Translations under genes and position numbers: made by a program
Notes under the pieces: generated by a model
What the model saw: the letters and a program-made list of their open reading frames with translations, nothing else
Databases searched by the model: none
What the model was told of the DNA's origin: nothing
Part shown: positions 13,245 through 24,752 of the stretch, piece after piece
Layout of the letters: every line of letters begins with the position of its first letter
Numbering within the stretch: position 1 is the stretch's first letter
Source of the DNA: Octopus sinensis
Taxonomy: Eukaryota
Reading direction: 5' to 3'
DNA length: 64,000 bases
NCBI RefSeq assembly: GCF_006345805.1
Contig: NC_043006.1
Span: 51,274,001-51,338,000 of the forward strand

Positions 13245-13249
13245 GACTG

Positions 13250-13322
<73 letters not shown>

Positions 13323-13739
13323 TTATCTATCTAACTAGCTAGCTAGCTATGTACATAACGCACATGTGTGTGTGTACGTGTGTGTGTGTATACGTGTGTG
13401 TGTGTATGCGTGTGTGTATTCGTGTGCTGTGTCAGTCTGTTAGTTCGTAATTTTGTTTTCTTTCAATTTTGTGACATGAACCGTGCGGTGCACCTTAGCT
13501 TATTCCGCCGACACCCAGTCTCAAAACTTGAATACCTGTTACACCTGACAGCCGCGCCGACGCTGCCACCGCTACCGCATCCTCCTCCTCCTCATCCTCA
13601 TCTCCTCTCCCTACAACTACTACTCCGTTACGTCACATCACACCATGTCTCTTCACAATACTCGCTACATGATTACGTCATGAGTTACTTATAGAACATG
13701 GCGCGTTCATTTTTCCTTTGCTTCGCTTCTCGTTTGTGT

Positions 13740-13804
<65 letters not shown>

Positions 13805-13839
13805 TGCGTGCGTATGCGCATGCGCACGAGTGTGCATAT

Positions 13840-13908
<69 letters not shown>

Positions 13909-13910
13909 AC
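13245..13910. repeat. (ATCT)n, (GT)n and (TA)n microsatellites flanking a CpG-rich unique island (13440-13730)
   Basis: Directly visible. Confidence 0.85.
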
Positions 13911-14183
13911 GTTCGTGTGTATTTGTATGTATGTGCAAGTGTGTACGCGTGTATTTTCATGTCGCACTACTTGCCGCCTGACCATAACATTTAAACGAAC
14001 AAGCGAGCCATTTGGCTTTGTAAAAAAAATAATTTTTAAAAGAATAGGACGTACGAGATAATGTAGTGTAAAGGCAAACCGAGTGACGAATGAAATACAA
14101 TGAAACGGTCACAGCTGGAACAGCTTTGATAATAGATTCGCTCGATCTCTGGTGAAGTAGTTTAAAACACATGTAGAATTATT

Positions 14184-14380
14184 GCTGGCAGAATCGTTAG
14201 CACGCCGGGTCAAATGCTTAGCGACATTTCGTCCGTCTTCACGTTTCTGTGTTCAAATTCCGCCGGGGTTGACTTCGCTTTTCATCATTTCGAAGTCGAT
14301 AAAAATAAGTACCAGTCGAATACTAAGGTCGATGTAATCGACTCATCCCTCTCCTCCAAAATTACTGCCCTTGTGGCAAA
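14184..14380 (+). mobile_element. Family A SINE (short-tail variant)
   Basis: CTGGCAGAATCGTTAGCACGCCGG head, GTTCAAATTCCGCC, core motif, tail CCAAAATT..GCCCTTGTGGC. Confidence 0.8.
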
Positions 14381-14382
<2 letters not shown>

Positions 14383-14417
<35 letters not shown>

Positions 14418-14444
14418 TATTATTATTATTATTATTATTAGTAT

Positions 14445-14481
<37 letters not shown>

Positions 14482-14548
14482 GGTGGTGGTGGTGGCGGCA
14501 GCGGCAGCGGTAGCGGTGGTGGTGGTGGTGGTAGTAGTGGTGGTGGTG

Positions 14549-14590
<42 letters not shown>

Positions 14591-14625
14591 ATAGTAGTAG
14601 TAGTGGTTACAGCAGTTGTAGTAAT
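14383..14625. repeat. Compound trinucleotide repeat (TAT)n(AGT)n(GGT)n
   Basis: Directly visible. Confidence 0.95.
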
Positions 14626-14799
14626 AGTGTTGGGGGAAGAAGAAGAAAGGAAAAAAGGAAAGTCAGAGAGAAAAAGAGGGAGAGAGAGAGGTGGAGAGAA
14701 ACAGCGGCACCAAATAAGCAGCACCTGAGCGTCCTGCCACAACCACTTATACCTTCAGATCCTGAGAAACTTTCTTTTCCTCTCAGACATATTCTTGAT

Positions 14800-15330
14800 A
14801 TTCAATATGAGCATCACTATCTATCTGGCCAGTGGCAATTTTTTTTCTTCCAGTATCACTTGAAAAGGAAAGTGAGAGTAGAGAAGCAAGTTTTGTCTAG
14901 CGAATGTTTCAAAAAAAGATGGGTGAATGTAGCAAGGATGGCACGTATGAATGACGAAGCCACCTTGAGCATAATCCTATGAACCCGGAAAAATTTAAAA
15001 CAGAGGGTTACCTACTTGCAAACAAATGTGTTAACAGGTGACATTATTGACCGAGGTTACCGTGGTCTTTTCCGTAGGCTTTTCTTTCCACGGATAAACC
15101 CTATCTGCTTCCCCCTTTACACTTTACATCATGACATTTCTGTGATACGCGGTCTCTATTGATCGTTTTTTTTTCTTTTCTTTCCTTTTTTCTTTCCCTT
15201 TTACGATCCCTTTTGATCGAAAACCTACCCCACTTTTTTTCCTTCTTTTCTCCCCATAAAGAAAAGCTCTACTTTGTAATCTGTCCCGTCTGTGTGCAGC
15301 CCTGTGTGGCTAATAAAGAAGCATATCTAC
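14800..15330 (+). mobile_element. 3' end of a non-LTR retrotransposon, probably Tx1/L1-clade, followed by an (ATCT)n tract
   Basis: The ORF ends ...YHLKRKVRVEKQVLSSECFKKRWVNVARMARMNDEATLSIIL* (stop at 14982), followed by a pyrimidine-rich 3' UTR and AATAAAGAA at ~15312-15320. The clade assignment is from memory. Confidence 0.5.
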
Positions 15331-15334
15331 CTCT

Positions 15335-15408
<74 letters not shown>

Positions 15409-15410
15409 GC

Positions 15411-15479
<69 letters not shown>

Positions 15480-15692
15480 AATCTATCTATCTATTTATCT
15501 ATCTATTTATCTGTCTGTCTGTCTGTCTGCCTGTCTATCTATCTGTCTATCTATCTATCTGACTGTCTGTCTGCCTGTCTACCTGTCTGTCTGTTTATTT
15601 ATCTATCTGCCTGTCTGTCTGTCTGCCTGTCTGTCTACCTATCTATCTATCCATCAAATCTATCTATCTGTTTGACTATCTGTCTGTCTCTT

Positions 15693-15785
<93 letters not shown>

Positions 15786-15800
15786 CATACACATATATAT
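15335..15800. repeat. (ATCT)n/(GTCT)n/(TC)n/(TA)n microsatellite
   Basis: Directly visible. Confidence 0.95.
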
Positions 15801-16219
15801 GCACACACTCTCACACATACATACATAAGAACATGTGAGTATTTCTCTGTGTGCGCGCGCGTGCATATGTAGTGATTGCTTCTTAAAACTTGCCATCCAA
15901 ATAGAATTTTCTTCGCCGAGAAGATGAGACTGAAACCAGTCTCCCGCTTTCACTAATTAACTTTAAAGACAAGATCTACTCCAGTCTGCATCGGCTTTAT
16001 TTGACAAAAGTTTCCATTAGCTGATTCTGTTGGAGTTATTTTCCTTGAATTTTTTTTTTTTTTAAATGTTAAACACTGATGAAATTTTTGTTCATTAATT
16101 TGCATGAATAATATCAGTGAATCGAAGTTTTTCGAATCACTATATAACATATGTGGGTCTCTACTGTATAGACTCCCTCCAGGACACCCGACCCCAATTT
16201 CCATACACACACGTCAAGC

Positions 16220-16960
16220 GCTAAAATATATCTCGTTAGCCACCAGCCCTGACAATGTCTCTTCCATTACATTCAAACATTGTTCCACAAAACTTACTCT
16301 TGTACCAACCAAATTCTTAAATCACTCACTTTCTACGAAGATAAACAAGGTCTTTTGAAAAACACAATCTCTCTGACTCAACCACCTATCGTACTATAGC
16401 ATTTATTTTCAACATTTCTAAGGTAATGGAGACAGCCTTTAACAATGACATTTACAACACCTTGCATCACTCTTTCCCCCCTTTTTCTCTCTCTTTAGTT
16501 CTCTCTCACATTTTCCTGAATGACCACCAACATGGTTTCCTTATAGCCAGATCCTCTAGAAACCTCTCTTATGTAATTCACCAGTAGGTTCTCGCTTCAG
16601 AGAAGTTTGACGAAAGCAATGTTGTTGCCCTAGATACCAATGCGAATCTTCTGCCGAAACTTCCCGCCTACGAGCTCTAGCCTTCTCTCAGATCGTATCA
16701 TCACAGTAGGCATTAACGGAGACCTTTCTATACCCCTCCCAACTCTGGTTAGCCTTAGAGTTCAGTTTGTTCCCTTTCTTTTCTACAATGGTTACCAGCT
16801 ATCCTCTCCAATAACGTCCAATCTTACACAGATGATGCAAGCCTTCATTTCTCTCTGTCTTTCCTCGGCCATGCTTCACCCATAAGCAATCTAGACGCCA
16901 TACGCAAAACATGCTCTGATTCTATTAACAGAGACCTTGAGTGTATCCACTGCTTTTAAC
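16220..16960 (+). mobile_element. Decayed CR1/Jockey-superclade LINE, RT fragment
   Basis: Broken frames give SDSTTYRTIAFIFNISKVMETA, DHQHGF..ARSS, ESNVVALD, FLSDRII, NSG and SYTDDASLH, matching the RT motif order NYRPIAL / QYGFR / VALDISKAFD / NSGVPQGS / YADD. Confidence 0.7.
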
Positions 16961-17330
16961 AGACCGACTAAAAGTAGCAGCAAAATCTTCCCGAATCACA
17001 GTTACCATCTTTAAGAAAAAAAGGACACATACAATAATTTCGTCCTAGCTACCCCTAAAAATACGGGATGGTCATGAGTGAAACACTTTTGATTTTAGGT
17101 TTGCTCGATCAAGATTGATTTGGAGCAAAACAGCATTAACTACTTACGTCCTTTATATATATATGTCTTCTGTATTCACTTCAATCTTTAAAACGTCTTT
17201 CAACTCCGTCAAAAATGAACAAAATATGGAATACAATTCTATATTTCTGAGATGATGAATTTTTGTTATGTATACTGTTTATAACAGTCGGACTACAGGC
17301 ATAGCGTAGTAAAGACATTGTATAATGTCA

Positions 17331-17540
17331 CAAGGCGGCGAGCTGGCAGAAACGTTAGCACACCAGGCAAAGTGCCTAGCGGTATTTCATTGTCCTTATG
17401 TTCTGAGTTCAAATTCCGCCGAGGTCGACTTTGCCTTTCATCATTTCGGAGTCGATAAATTAAGTACCATTTGCTAACTGGGGTCGATATAATCGACTGC
17501 CCCTTCCCCCAAAATTTTGGGCCTTGTACCTAGCGAAGAA
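17331..17540 (+). mobile_element. Family A SINE (short-tail variant)
   Basis: AAGGCGGCGAGCTGGCAGAAACG head through GGCCTTGTACCTAG. Confidence 0.85.
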
Positions 17541-17867
17541 ACGTATGTACTGTAGTCACCTAGAAGTTCTGAGTTCAATCCCAGGCATGGCACTAAGGTA
17601 ATTCACAAAAAATTAACTGAAGCAAACAGAAAGAATGGAATAAGAACAGTGAACCTGCGTGGATCAAAGAAAGAGTTAGGCTCGAAATTCCGATACAACT
17701 GAGTTGGACAGAAGACACCCAAAGAAGGCTGGAACATTCAACACCCTAAACGTAGTGAAAGCAGTCCCACTAACACAAACTGTATACATAAAACACAAGA
17801 AAGGTGTAAGTCTCTATGTAATCACTCAACCTGCTAAAAATAGCAACTAAACCTCACAGATTACACT

Positions 17868-18463
17868 TTTTTTTTCTAATCTAGGCTCAAGGCCCGAAGT
17901 TTGGGGGGAGGGGTCCAGTCGATTAGATCAATCACAATACGCAACTGGTACTTAATTTATCGACCCCGAAAGGATGGAAGGCAAAGTCGACCTCGGCGGA
18001 ATTTGAACTCAGAACGTAAGCATTTCGCCCGGCGTGCTAACGTTTCCTATTTCTTTATTGCCCACAAGGGGCTAAACATAGAGGGGACAAACACGGATAG
18101 ACAAAGGGATTAAGTCGATTACATCGACCCCAGTGCGTAACTGGTACTTATTTTATCGACCCCGAAAGGATGAAAGGCAAAGTCGACCTCGGCGGGATTT
18201 GAACTCAGAACGTAACGGCAGACGAAATACCTATTTCTTTATTACCCACAAGGGGCTAAACACAGAGGGGACAAACAAGGACAGACATAGGTATTAAGTC
18301 GATTACATCGACCCCAGTGCGTAACTGGTACTTAATTTATCGACCCCGAAAGGATGAAAGGCAAAGTCGACCTCGGCGGAATTTGAACTCACAACGTAAC
18401 GCAGACGAAATACCGCTAAGCATTACGCCCGGCGTGCTAACGTTTCTGCCAACTCACCGCTTT
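17868..18463 (-). mobile_element. Head-to-tail array of three family A SINE units
   Basis: Three copies of the B box/core. A ~15-bp direct repeat CTC(A/T)CAGATTACACT at 17853-17867 and 18464-18478 flanks the whole array. Confidence 0.85.
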
Positions 18464-19527
18464 CTCTCAGATTACACTCTACCGTTTTTCAATGGGCAAG
18501 GACACATTGGATACTGTTATCTTAGACATGAAGGTCCAAAGACAAATGGCTAGAATACCTTCATAAAATACTGCTCAATCAAGAAAAACAACAGGAATGA
18601 AGCTACGAGCCAAAACGGATAGCCGCTATGCTATATCAGATAACGCCAAAGTGGTCGATATCGATCCTTAGGGATCGATAGTACTATCTTTCGGGTTGAT
18701 GAATACCTCAAAGTCAGAAGTATATCAACTGAATGATTGCGGTTGAAAGTTGATATAAGAATAAAAATACATAAAATATTAAATAAGATACAATTTACTG
18801 CTATATATTTCGTATATAAATACATAATTAGTTGTTATTGTCTCTTTATGTTTCCTGAAACAAGAATAAAGTAATAAAAATTTACCCTTAGGTGGAATCA
18901 CGGAGCAATGAAATACATATATTACCCGTTTCCACACAGATAACTTTATTTAGATTTTCTTCTCTCATAAGCTGTATGTTTTTTTTTTTTTTTTTGCTTT
19001 ATCTTGGAGTATCCGATATGCATATTATTTGGGTTTTTTTCATCACTAACATTGTTTCTTTGTAGCATTTTAGAATATTTTGGTTTGACCTTAACAATGT
19101 TTTCAATTATGTAGCAAAAATCCGAGTTGTGGCAATACTAGGCTGAATTTATCGGCCATGTCATTTTCCCTGCTACGTTGCCAAATTGGGACCAACCAGC
19201 GAATGAATATTCAACACACACAGCTATTCATAATCATGGCTTCCACTTTAACTTCCACTTTAAAAATCGTTACAGATCGCTCATTGTTAGCTCAAATTTA
19301 GGTCATTTAAATGCGTTAAAATGTCAGACATATAATGCTACCATATCTAGCTAGGGAAAGCTATTGGACCATTCGCTCTCATCGAATGATTTTTTTCAAG
19401 AAAAATAGTTAACAACTCAAATATTCTAATATACAACTCGAATATTATATGTACTTTGCAGCCAGATAGCCAACACACTTCAGAATGAAAGAGTAGTTGT
19501 CCATGGGCAGTATGCACACACACACAC

Positions 19528-19567
<40 letters not shown>

Positions 19568-20023
19568 TCGACCCGATAAAAACATGAATTTAAAAGGTGA
19601 GCTTTTTGTAAAATGAACTGCTTTCAACTGCCTTTTCCAGTGTCATCTTCAATTTTCGCGACATATGTCTTGTTGTGAACGCTTCTTGTAAGTAGTAACG
19701 AGTCCATTTGATATTTGTTATCATACATTGACTACTGGTTGAGCATACGCATGATGAAATGTCACATAATATAATCACAATATAAAGTATTCATAGCAAC
19801 AATTTCGAACCTTGCTATGCCATTAATATCTTCGTCAATGCAGTTAAGTATTAAATTTCAGAAATAAAAAGCAAATATATATATATATATAGAAAACACG
19901 CCAGCTGTCACTGAATATTCAAAACGTTTCTTGTGGAAGGTGTGACATTGTCGAAGTTGACCTCGCATTAGAAGTGTATAACGTTTCAGATAAAAAATTT
20001 TATTAGTCTTATAGTGAATATGT

Positions 20024-20626
20024 GGATCTTTACCTTTTGACCTACAGATTTAAAAAATATTTTTTTGTAACTAAACACTTTTAAACTTCGAACACTGGTA
20101 GAATGTCATATAAAACACATTTTGCTCTTAGCGTTTTTTGAGAAAAACTTACATTTACGAAGTTATTTCACGTTAAAGTTCTCGTATTTCGGTAATTTCA
20201 ACCAATCAGTAACGTGTATTCAGCTGAATAAAATTACTGCTGTTGTTTGTCAACAAGAACTTCCGGCGGTGTATATTTCGTTTGTCACTGTTATTTATGA
20301 CAACCCTAACCCTAAAACCTTAAAACCAGTACAAACGCACGAACTATGTCATAAATAACAGTGACAAACGAAAAATACACCGCCGATACATGTTATTGAC
20401 AAACAACAGCAGTAATTTTATTCAGCTGAATACACGTTACTGATTGGTTGAAATTACCGAAATACGAGAACTTGAACGTGAAATAACTTCGTAAATATAA
20501 GTTTTTCTCAAAAATGCTAAGAGTAAAACATGTTTTATATAACACATTCTACCAGTGTCCGATGTTTGAAAGTGTTTAGTTACAAAAAATTATTTTATAA
20601 ATCTGTTGGTCAAAAAGTAAAGATCC
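20024..20626. mobile_element. Long foldback element/MITE with ~280-bp inverted arms
   Basis: Left arm 20024-20302 is the reverse complement of right arm 20347-20626 (ends GGATCTTTAC / GTAAAGATCC); 44-bp spacer. Confidence 0.9.
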
Positions 20627-22414
20627 TAATATATTTTACACTTTTAAACTCGGTTTATGTATGACTGCCAAAATTAAATTTATCCAAGACGCCAGTAACT
20701 CATGGCCGACCTTGGCAGAGAATATCTGCGAGTGTTGTTTTGGTGCCGTGTTTTTACCGAGTGCGTCTCAGCATGCTTCAGCTTCATTTCACTTCATTAA
20801 AAACGTTTGCCTTCCGATAAGCCAGAACGATCTCATGGAATGTCCTCCTACTTCTTGGCTGTCTCATCTGTTTGTATATTTATAACTAATTTCCCAATCT
20901 TTTCTTTTTTTTTTTAAGAAGGTTGGTTGTGATTTGAGGGAGATTTGACTGTAACTCCTAGCAGGGCAGACAACCATGTCTCGATAAGTGTGTGGTTTTT
21001 TTAATGGGTGAAAGCAGTTTGCACAAAACCAGTTGATTTCGTGAGGTAGGATGGGATATAGTCGATCAAAGTACCAGCCAAGTACTCATATTTAACTGGT
21101 ATTTATTTTATTGACCAGGATGGTTTAAAAGCAGAGTTGATCCAACACTCTACTAATTCTCGCATTACAATGTTAAAGCAGTTTTACTATATCCTAATAA
21201 TTAAGCTAGTATTACCATAGTTAACGAAGGCGCATCAAAAAAAGCCAACATGAAAATATTATCAAAAGCATACAAAGACACACACACATAAAAAAAGGCT
21301 TTGAAGGAATATGTTTCCATTCTTTTTATTTCTCCCACAACCAGGCAAATGTAGAGGACAATTTGGTACATGTTTTGTCTTTATCATAACTTGATCCCAT
21401 GAGTATAACCGCAGATGCTACCACAAATGTACCTAATCAGCACACAATTTGATTTATAGTTTATAAGGGTTGTAAATAATATTCAAATTAGCTGTTAGCG
21501 ACAATAGCAGTATTGGTAACAATTAATATTAGTTCCTCCAACATAACTGGATGTGTTGCGGAGATCACCTTTAAACTGTTACTAACGACCAGAGATACAC
21601 TGCACGTTGACGCGTAGTGACTATATCGGCTGACGAGACAATTGTCTATACCGATGGATGGCACAACATTATCACGTGATTTCACTGTTTTCTGTGGATC
21701 TTCACTCTGTAGATCAGCATCGTACCTAAATGCCAAAACAAAAATCAGTCGAACCGATATAGTATAATAATGGCCAAACAGTCTGTGATGTCGCAAAAAG
21801 CCAGCAGGCCACGAATGAATAAGCTATTAGCAACGGCCTATAGATCATTTTTAATTCTTTTACTTGGTTCAGTCTTTGGACTGCGGCCAGGCTAGACCGC
21901 CTTAACAGGTTTGGTCGAAGAAATCAACCTTAATACTTATTCTATGTCTGGTACTAAACCGCTAAATTATCTGACGTTAACAAACTTACACATGTCAAGA
22001 AGTGGAGAGACAAACACACACGCGCGCGACGTAAATGACGGTGTTCTATACTACTTCCATCTACTAAATTCAGTTCACAAAGCGTTAGTTGGTCTGGGTT
22101 GCAGTGGGAGACACTTGCCCAAAGTACCGCTCAGGGATACTTTTTAACAACACAGCTATATCTGCAAAGGAAATTAACTGCAATTGGTCAATAGCATAAA
22201 TTTGCATACGTTAAGAGTCAAAAGGCGAGCCGAGAGTTTTACAATATTTGCAATATATGCTATTTTGCGGCATGTATATCACGTGAACGAAGCAGTTCAA
22301 GGTACCAGCTGAGGCTGGTAGTATCATGGTAGTTGGTGTGCAGACGTGTTGTGAATTGCTTCACAACGTATGTGATTTGAAATCTGCACAGATAAATGTG
22401 CAACATAATCTAAT

Positions 22415-22830
22415 TCAGGAAATTATGCTTGACGAGTTCGGCCATAATGTCGTGGAAGCAACGAAATGCAAAAGGTAAAGCGCAGTCGATCACATTACAC
22501 TGTTAAGATGGTTCGAGAAATTTCGTTCAGGTTTCAAGAACCTCGATTCCGGGGCCATACTCCAAACCGTACAGGTAAATCTAGGGAGAGCATCAGGTCA
22601 GCTCAGCATCGGCCATAACGTTGTGGAAGCAACCAAATGCGAAAGGTAAAGCGCAGTCGATCACAGTACACTATTAAGATGGTTCGAGAAATTTCGTTCG
22701 GGTTTCAAGAACTTCGATTCCGAGGCCATGCTCCAAACCGTACAGGCAAATCTGGGGAGTAACACTCGGAGAATATCAGGTGAGCTCAGCATCTGACAAA
22801 TGTATGTCAGTGTGCGGCAAAAATAGCTAG
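22415..22830 (+). mobile_element. Mariner transposase N-terminal (HTH) relic with an internal ~170-bp tandem duplication
   Basis: Two diverged copies (22440-22610, 22611-22793) encode remnants such as RWFEKFRSGFKN(L/F)D and DSEAMLQTVQANLGSNTRRISGELSI. Confidence 0.7.
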
Positions 22831-23041
22831 CATTAGTTAGTAAAATGCAAGTTCTGAAGAAAGATAACGCAAGGACTCATACCGCTTGAACGACCCGTAA
22901 TAAATAGGAACACATTTGTGACATAGGTAATTTGCATAATTTAAACAAAGATGAGCTGAGATAAATAACTCAGAATGTTAGTGTCGTACATTTGAACAAC
23001 GTAATCAAATAACTGGTATATGAACTACAACATAAATTCTT

Positions 23042-23410
23042 GCGCAGGAGTGGCTGTGTGGTAAGTAGCTTGCTTACCAACCACATGGTTCCGGGTTCAG
23101 TCCCACAGCGTGGCACTTTGGGCAAGTGCCTTCTACTATAGCCTCGGGCCGACCGAAGCCTTGTGAGTGGATTTGGTAGACGGAAACTGAAAGAAGCCTG
23201 TCGTGTATATGTATATATGAGTGTGTGTTTGTGTCTCTGTATTTGTCCCTCCAACCGATGCTGGTGTGTTTACGTCCCCGTAACTTAGCGGTTCGGCAAA
23301 AGAGACCAATGGAATAAAGCTTACAAAGAATAATTCCTGGGATCGATTTGCTCGACTAAAGGCGGTGCTCCGGCATGGTCGCAGTCAAATGACTGAAACA
23401 AGTAAAAGAG
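23042..23410 (+). mobile_element. tRNA-derived SINE family B (CORE-like segment)
   Basis: GCAGGAGTGGCTGTGTGGTAAG head, GGTTCAGTCCC B-box-like, TTGGGCAAGTGCCTTCT segment. Other copies at ~21860-22140, 39340-39662, 43985-44340, 44690-45060, 46728-46863, 50150-50290 (all -) and 54878-55260 (+). Confidence 0.85.
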
Positions 23411-23476
23411 GGTTCGTTAAAATTATTCGCGCCTCTTTGGACGGTTAAGACCAACTCCATTTAAAAGTAGAGATAA

Positions 23477-23680
23477 TCTCACGATTCAAGAATCCACAAA
23501 GCTGATATGCCATTAAGGAAAAGGACAGGTTTATTGTTTGTCGGTGAGAGAATAGTCGTGAACACGTGTTTCTCGCTCTCTCACGATTCAAGAATCCACA
23601 AAGCTGATATGCCATTAAGGAAAAGGACAGGTTTATTGTTTGTCGGTGAGAGAATAGTCGTGAACACGTGTTTCTCGCTC
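23477..23680. repeat. Perfect 102-bp tandem duplication
   Basis: Units 23477-23578 and 23579-23680 are identical by eye. Confidence 0.95.
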
Positions 23681-23854
23681 AAAGGCCGTCATCAGCACAA
23701 CATAGACTTGGAGGTAGATAAGTAAAGTAGTTTTGTTTTGAGAAAAAAAACCCACAAAAAAAAAAAACTCATAACTCATATAGATTCTGTTGTTATTTTC
23801 TAAGTGTTTAATCATGTAGGATGTATGGGCAGCGTTCATAAGCCAACAATATTC

Positions 23855-24626
23855 TTTTCAACTCTAGGCACAAGGCCCGAAATTTTGGAGGAGGGGGCCA
23901 GTCGATTAGATCAACCCAGTACGCAACTGGTACTTAATTTGTCGACCCAGAAAGGATGAAAAGGCAAAGTCGTCCTCGGCTGAGTTTGAACTCAGAACAT
24001 AAAGACAGACGAAATACGGCTAAGCATTTCACCCGGCGTGCTAACGTTTCTGCCAGCTCGCGTCCGAATGCTTGCAGTAGAGTTGCAAAAGGCAACCAAA
24101 GACCAGGTGCGAGTATTAAACCAGACTAAGCCTGGTTGACACGTCTCAATAGAAGTAATGCGAAGAGGAGAGATAGCAGGGGGACCGAGTGCTAATCTAC
24201 GTATTCTGCGGTTGAGAGGTCACTGTATGTTGCTTTGCTCGGAGGCCTATAACGCTGTAAAGATGGTCCTGTTGTAGAGGATAATAGTGGATGGAAGCAC
24301 TCCGTCGGTTACGACGACGAGAGTTCCGGTTGATCCGATCAACGGAACAGCCTGCTCGTGAAATTAACGTGTAATTAGAGATATTCAGCGTGACACAGAG
24401 AGTGACAAGGCCGGCCCTTTGAAATACAGGTACAACAGAAACAGGAAGTAAGAGTGAGAGAAAGTTGTGGTGAAAGAGTACAGCAGGGATCATCACCATC
24501 CCTGCCGGAGCCTCGTGGAGCTTTAGGTGTTTTCGCTCAATAAACACTCACAACGCTCGGTCTGGGAATCGAAACCGCGATCCTACGACCGCGAGTCCGC
24601 TGCCCTAACCACTGGGCCATTGCGCC
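23855..24626 (-). mobile_element. Family A SINE (23855-24062) and family C SINE (~24290-24626)
   Basis: Family motifs as described above. Confidence 0.8.
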
Positions 24627-24720
24627 TCCACAGAGGATAATAGTAACAGAATAAGAAATAGATAGAGAGATAAATAGATTGATAGATACAGAGAAAGAGA
24701 GAGAGAGAGAGAGAGAGAGT

Positions 24721-24752
<32 letters not shown>

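Noticed and set aside
977-15953. Many long ORFs rich in YI, HT, CV, LSIY, poly-T, poly-G or poly-V
   Set aside because: They are translations of di-, tri- and tetranucleotide microsatellites with no protein-like content.
17868-18463. Regularly repeated ~190-bp units that might suggest a CRISPR-like or satellite array
   Set aside because: The units are SINE bodies found dispersed across the window; there are no unique spacers and no cas genes.
23042-23120. tRNA-like heads with A/B boxes (also at 2560-2634, 24560-24626, 47630-47705)
   Set aside because: No complete cloverleaf with an acceptor stem could be built, and each continues into a SINE body.
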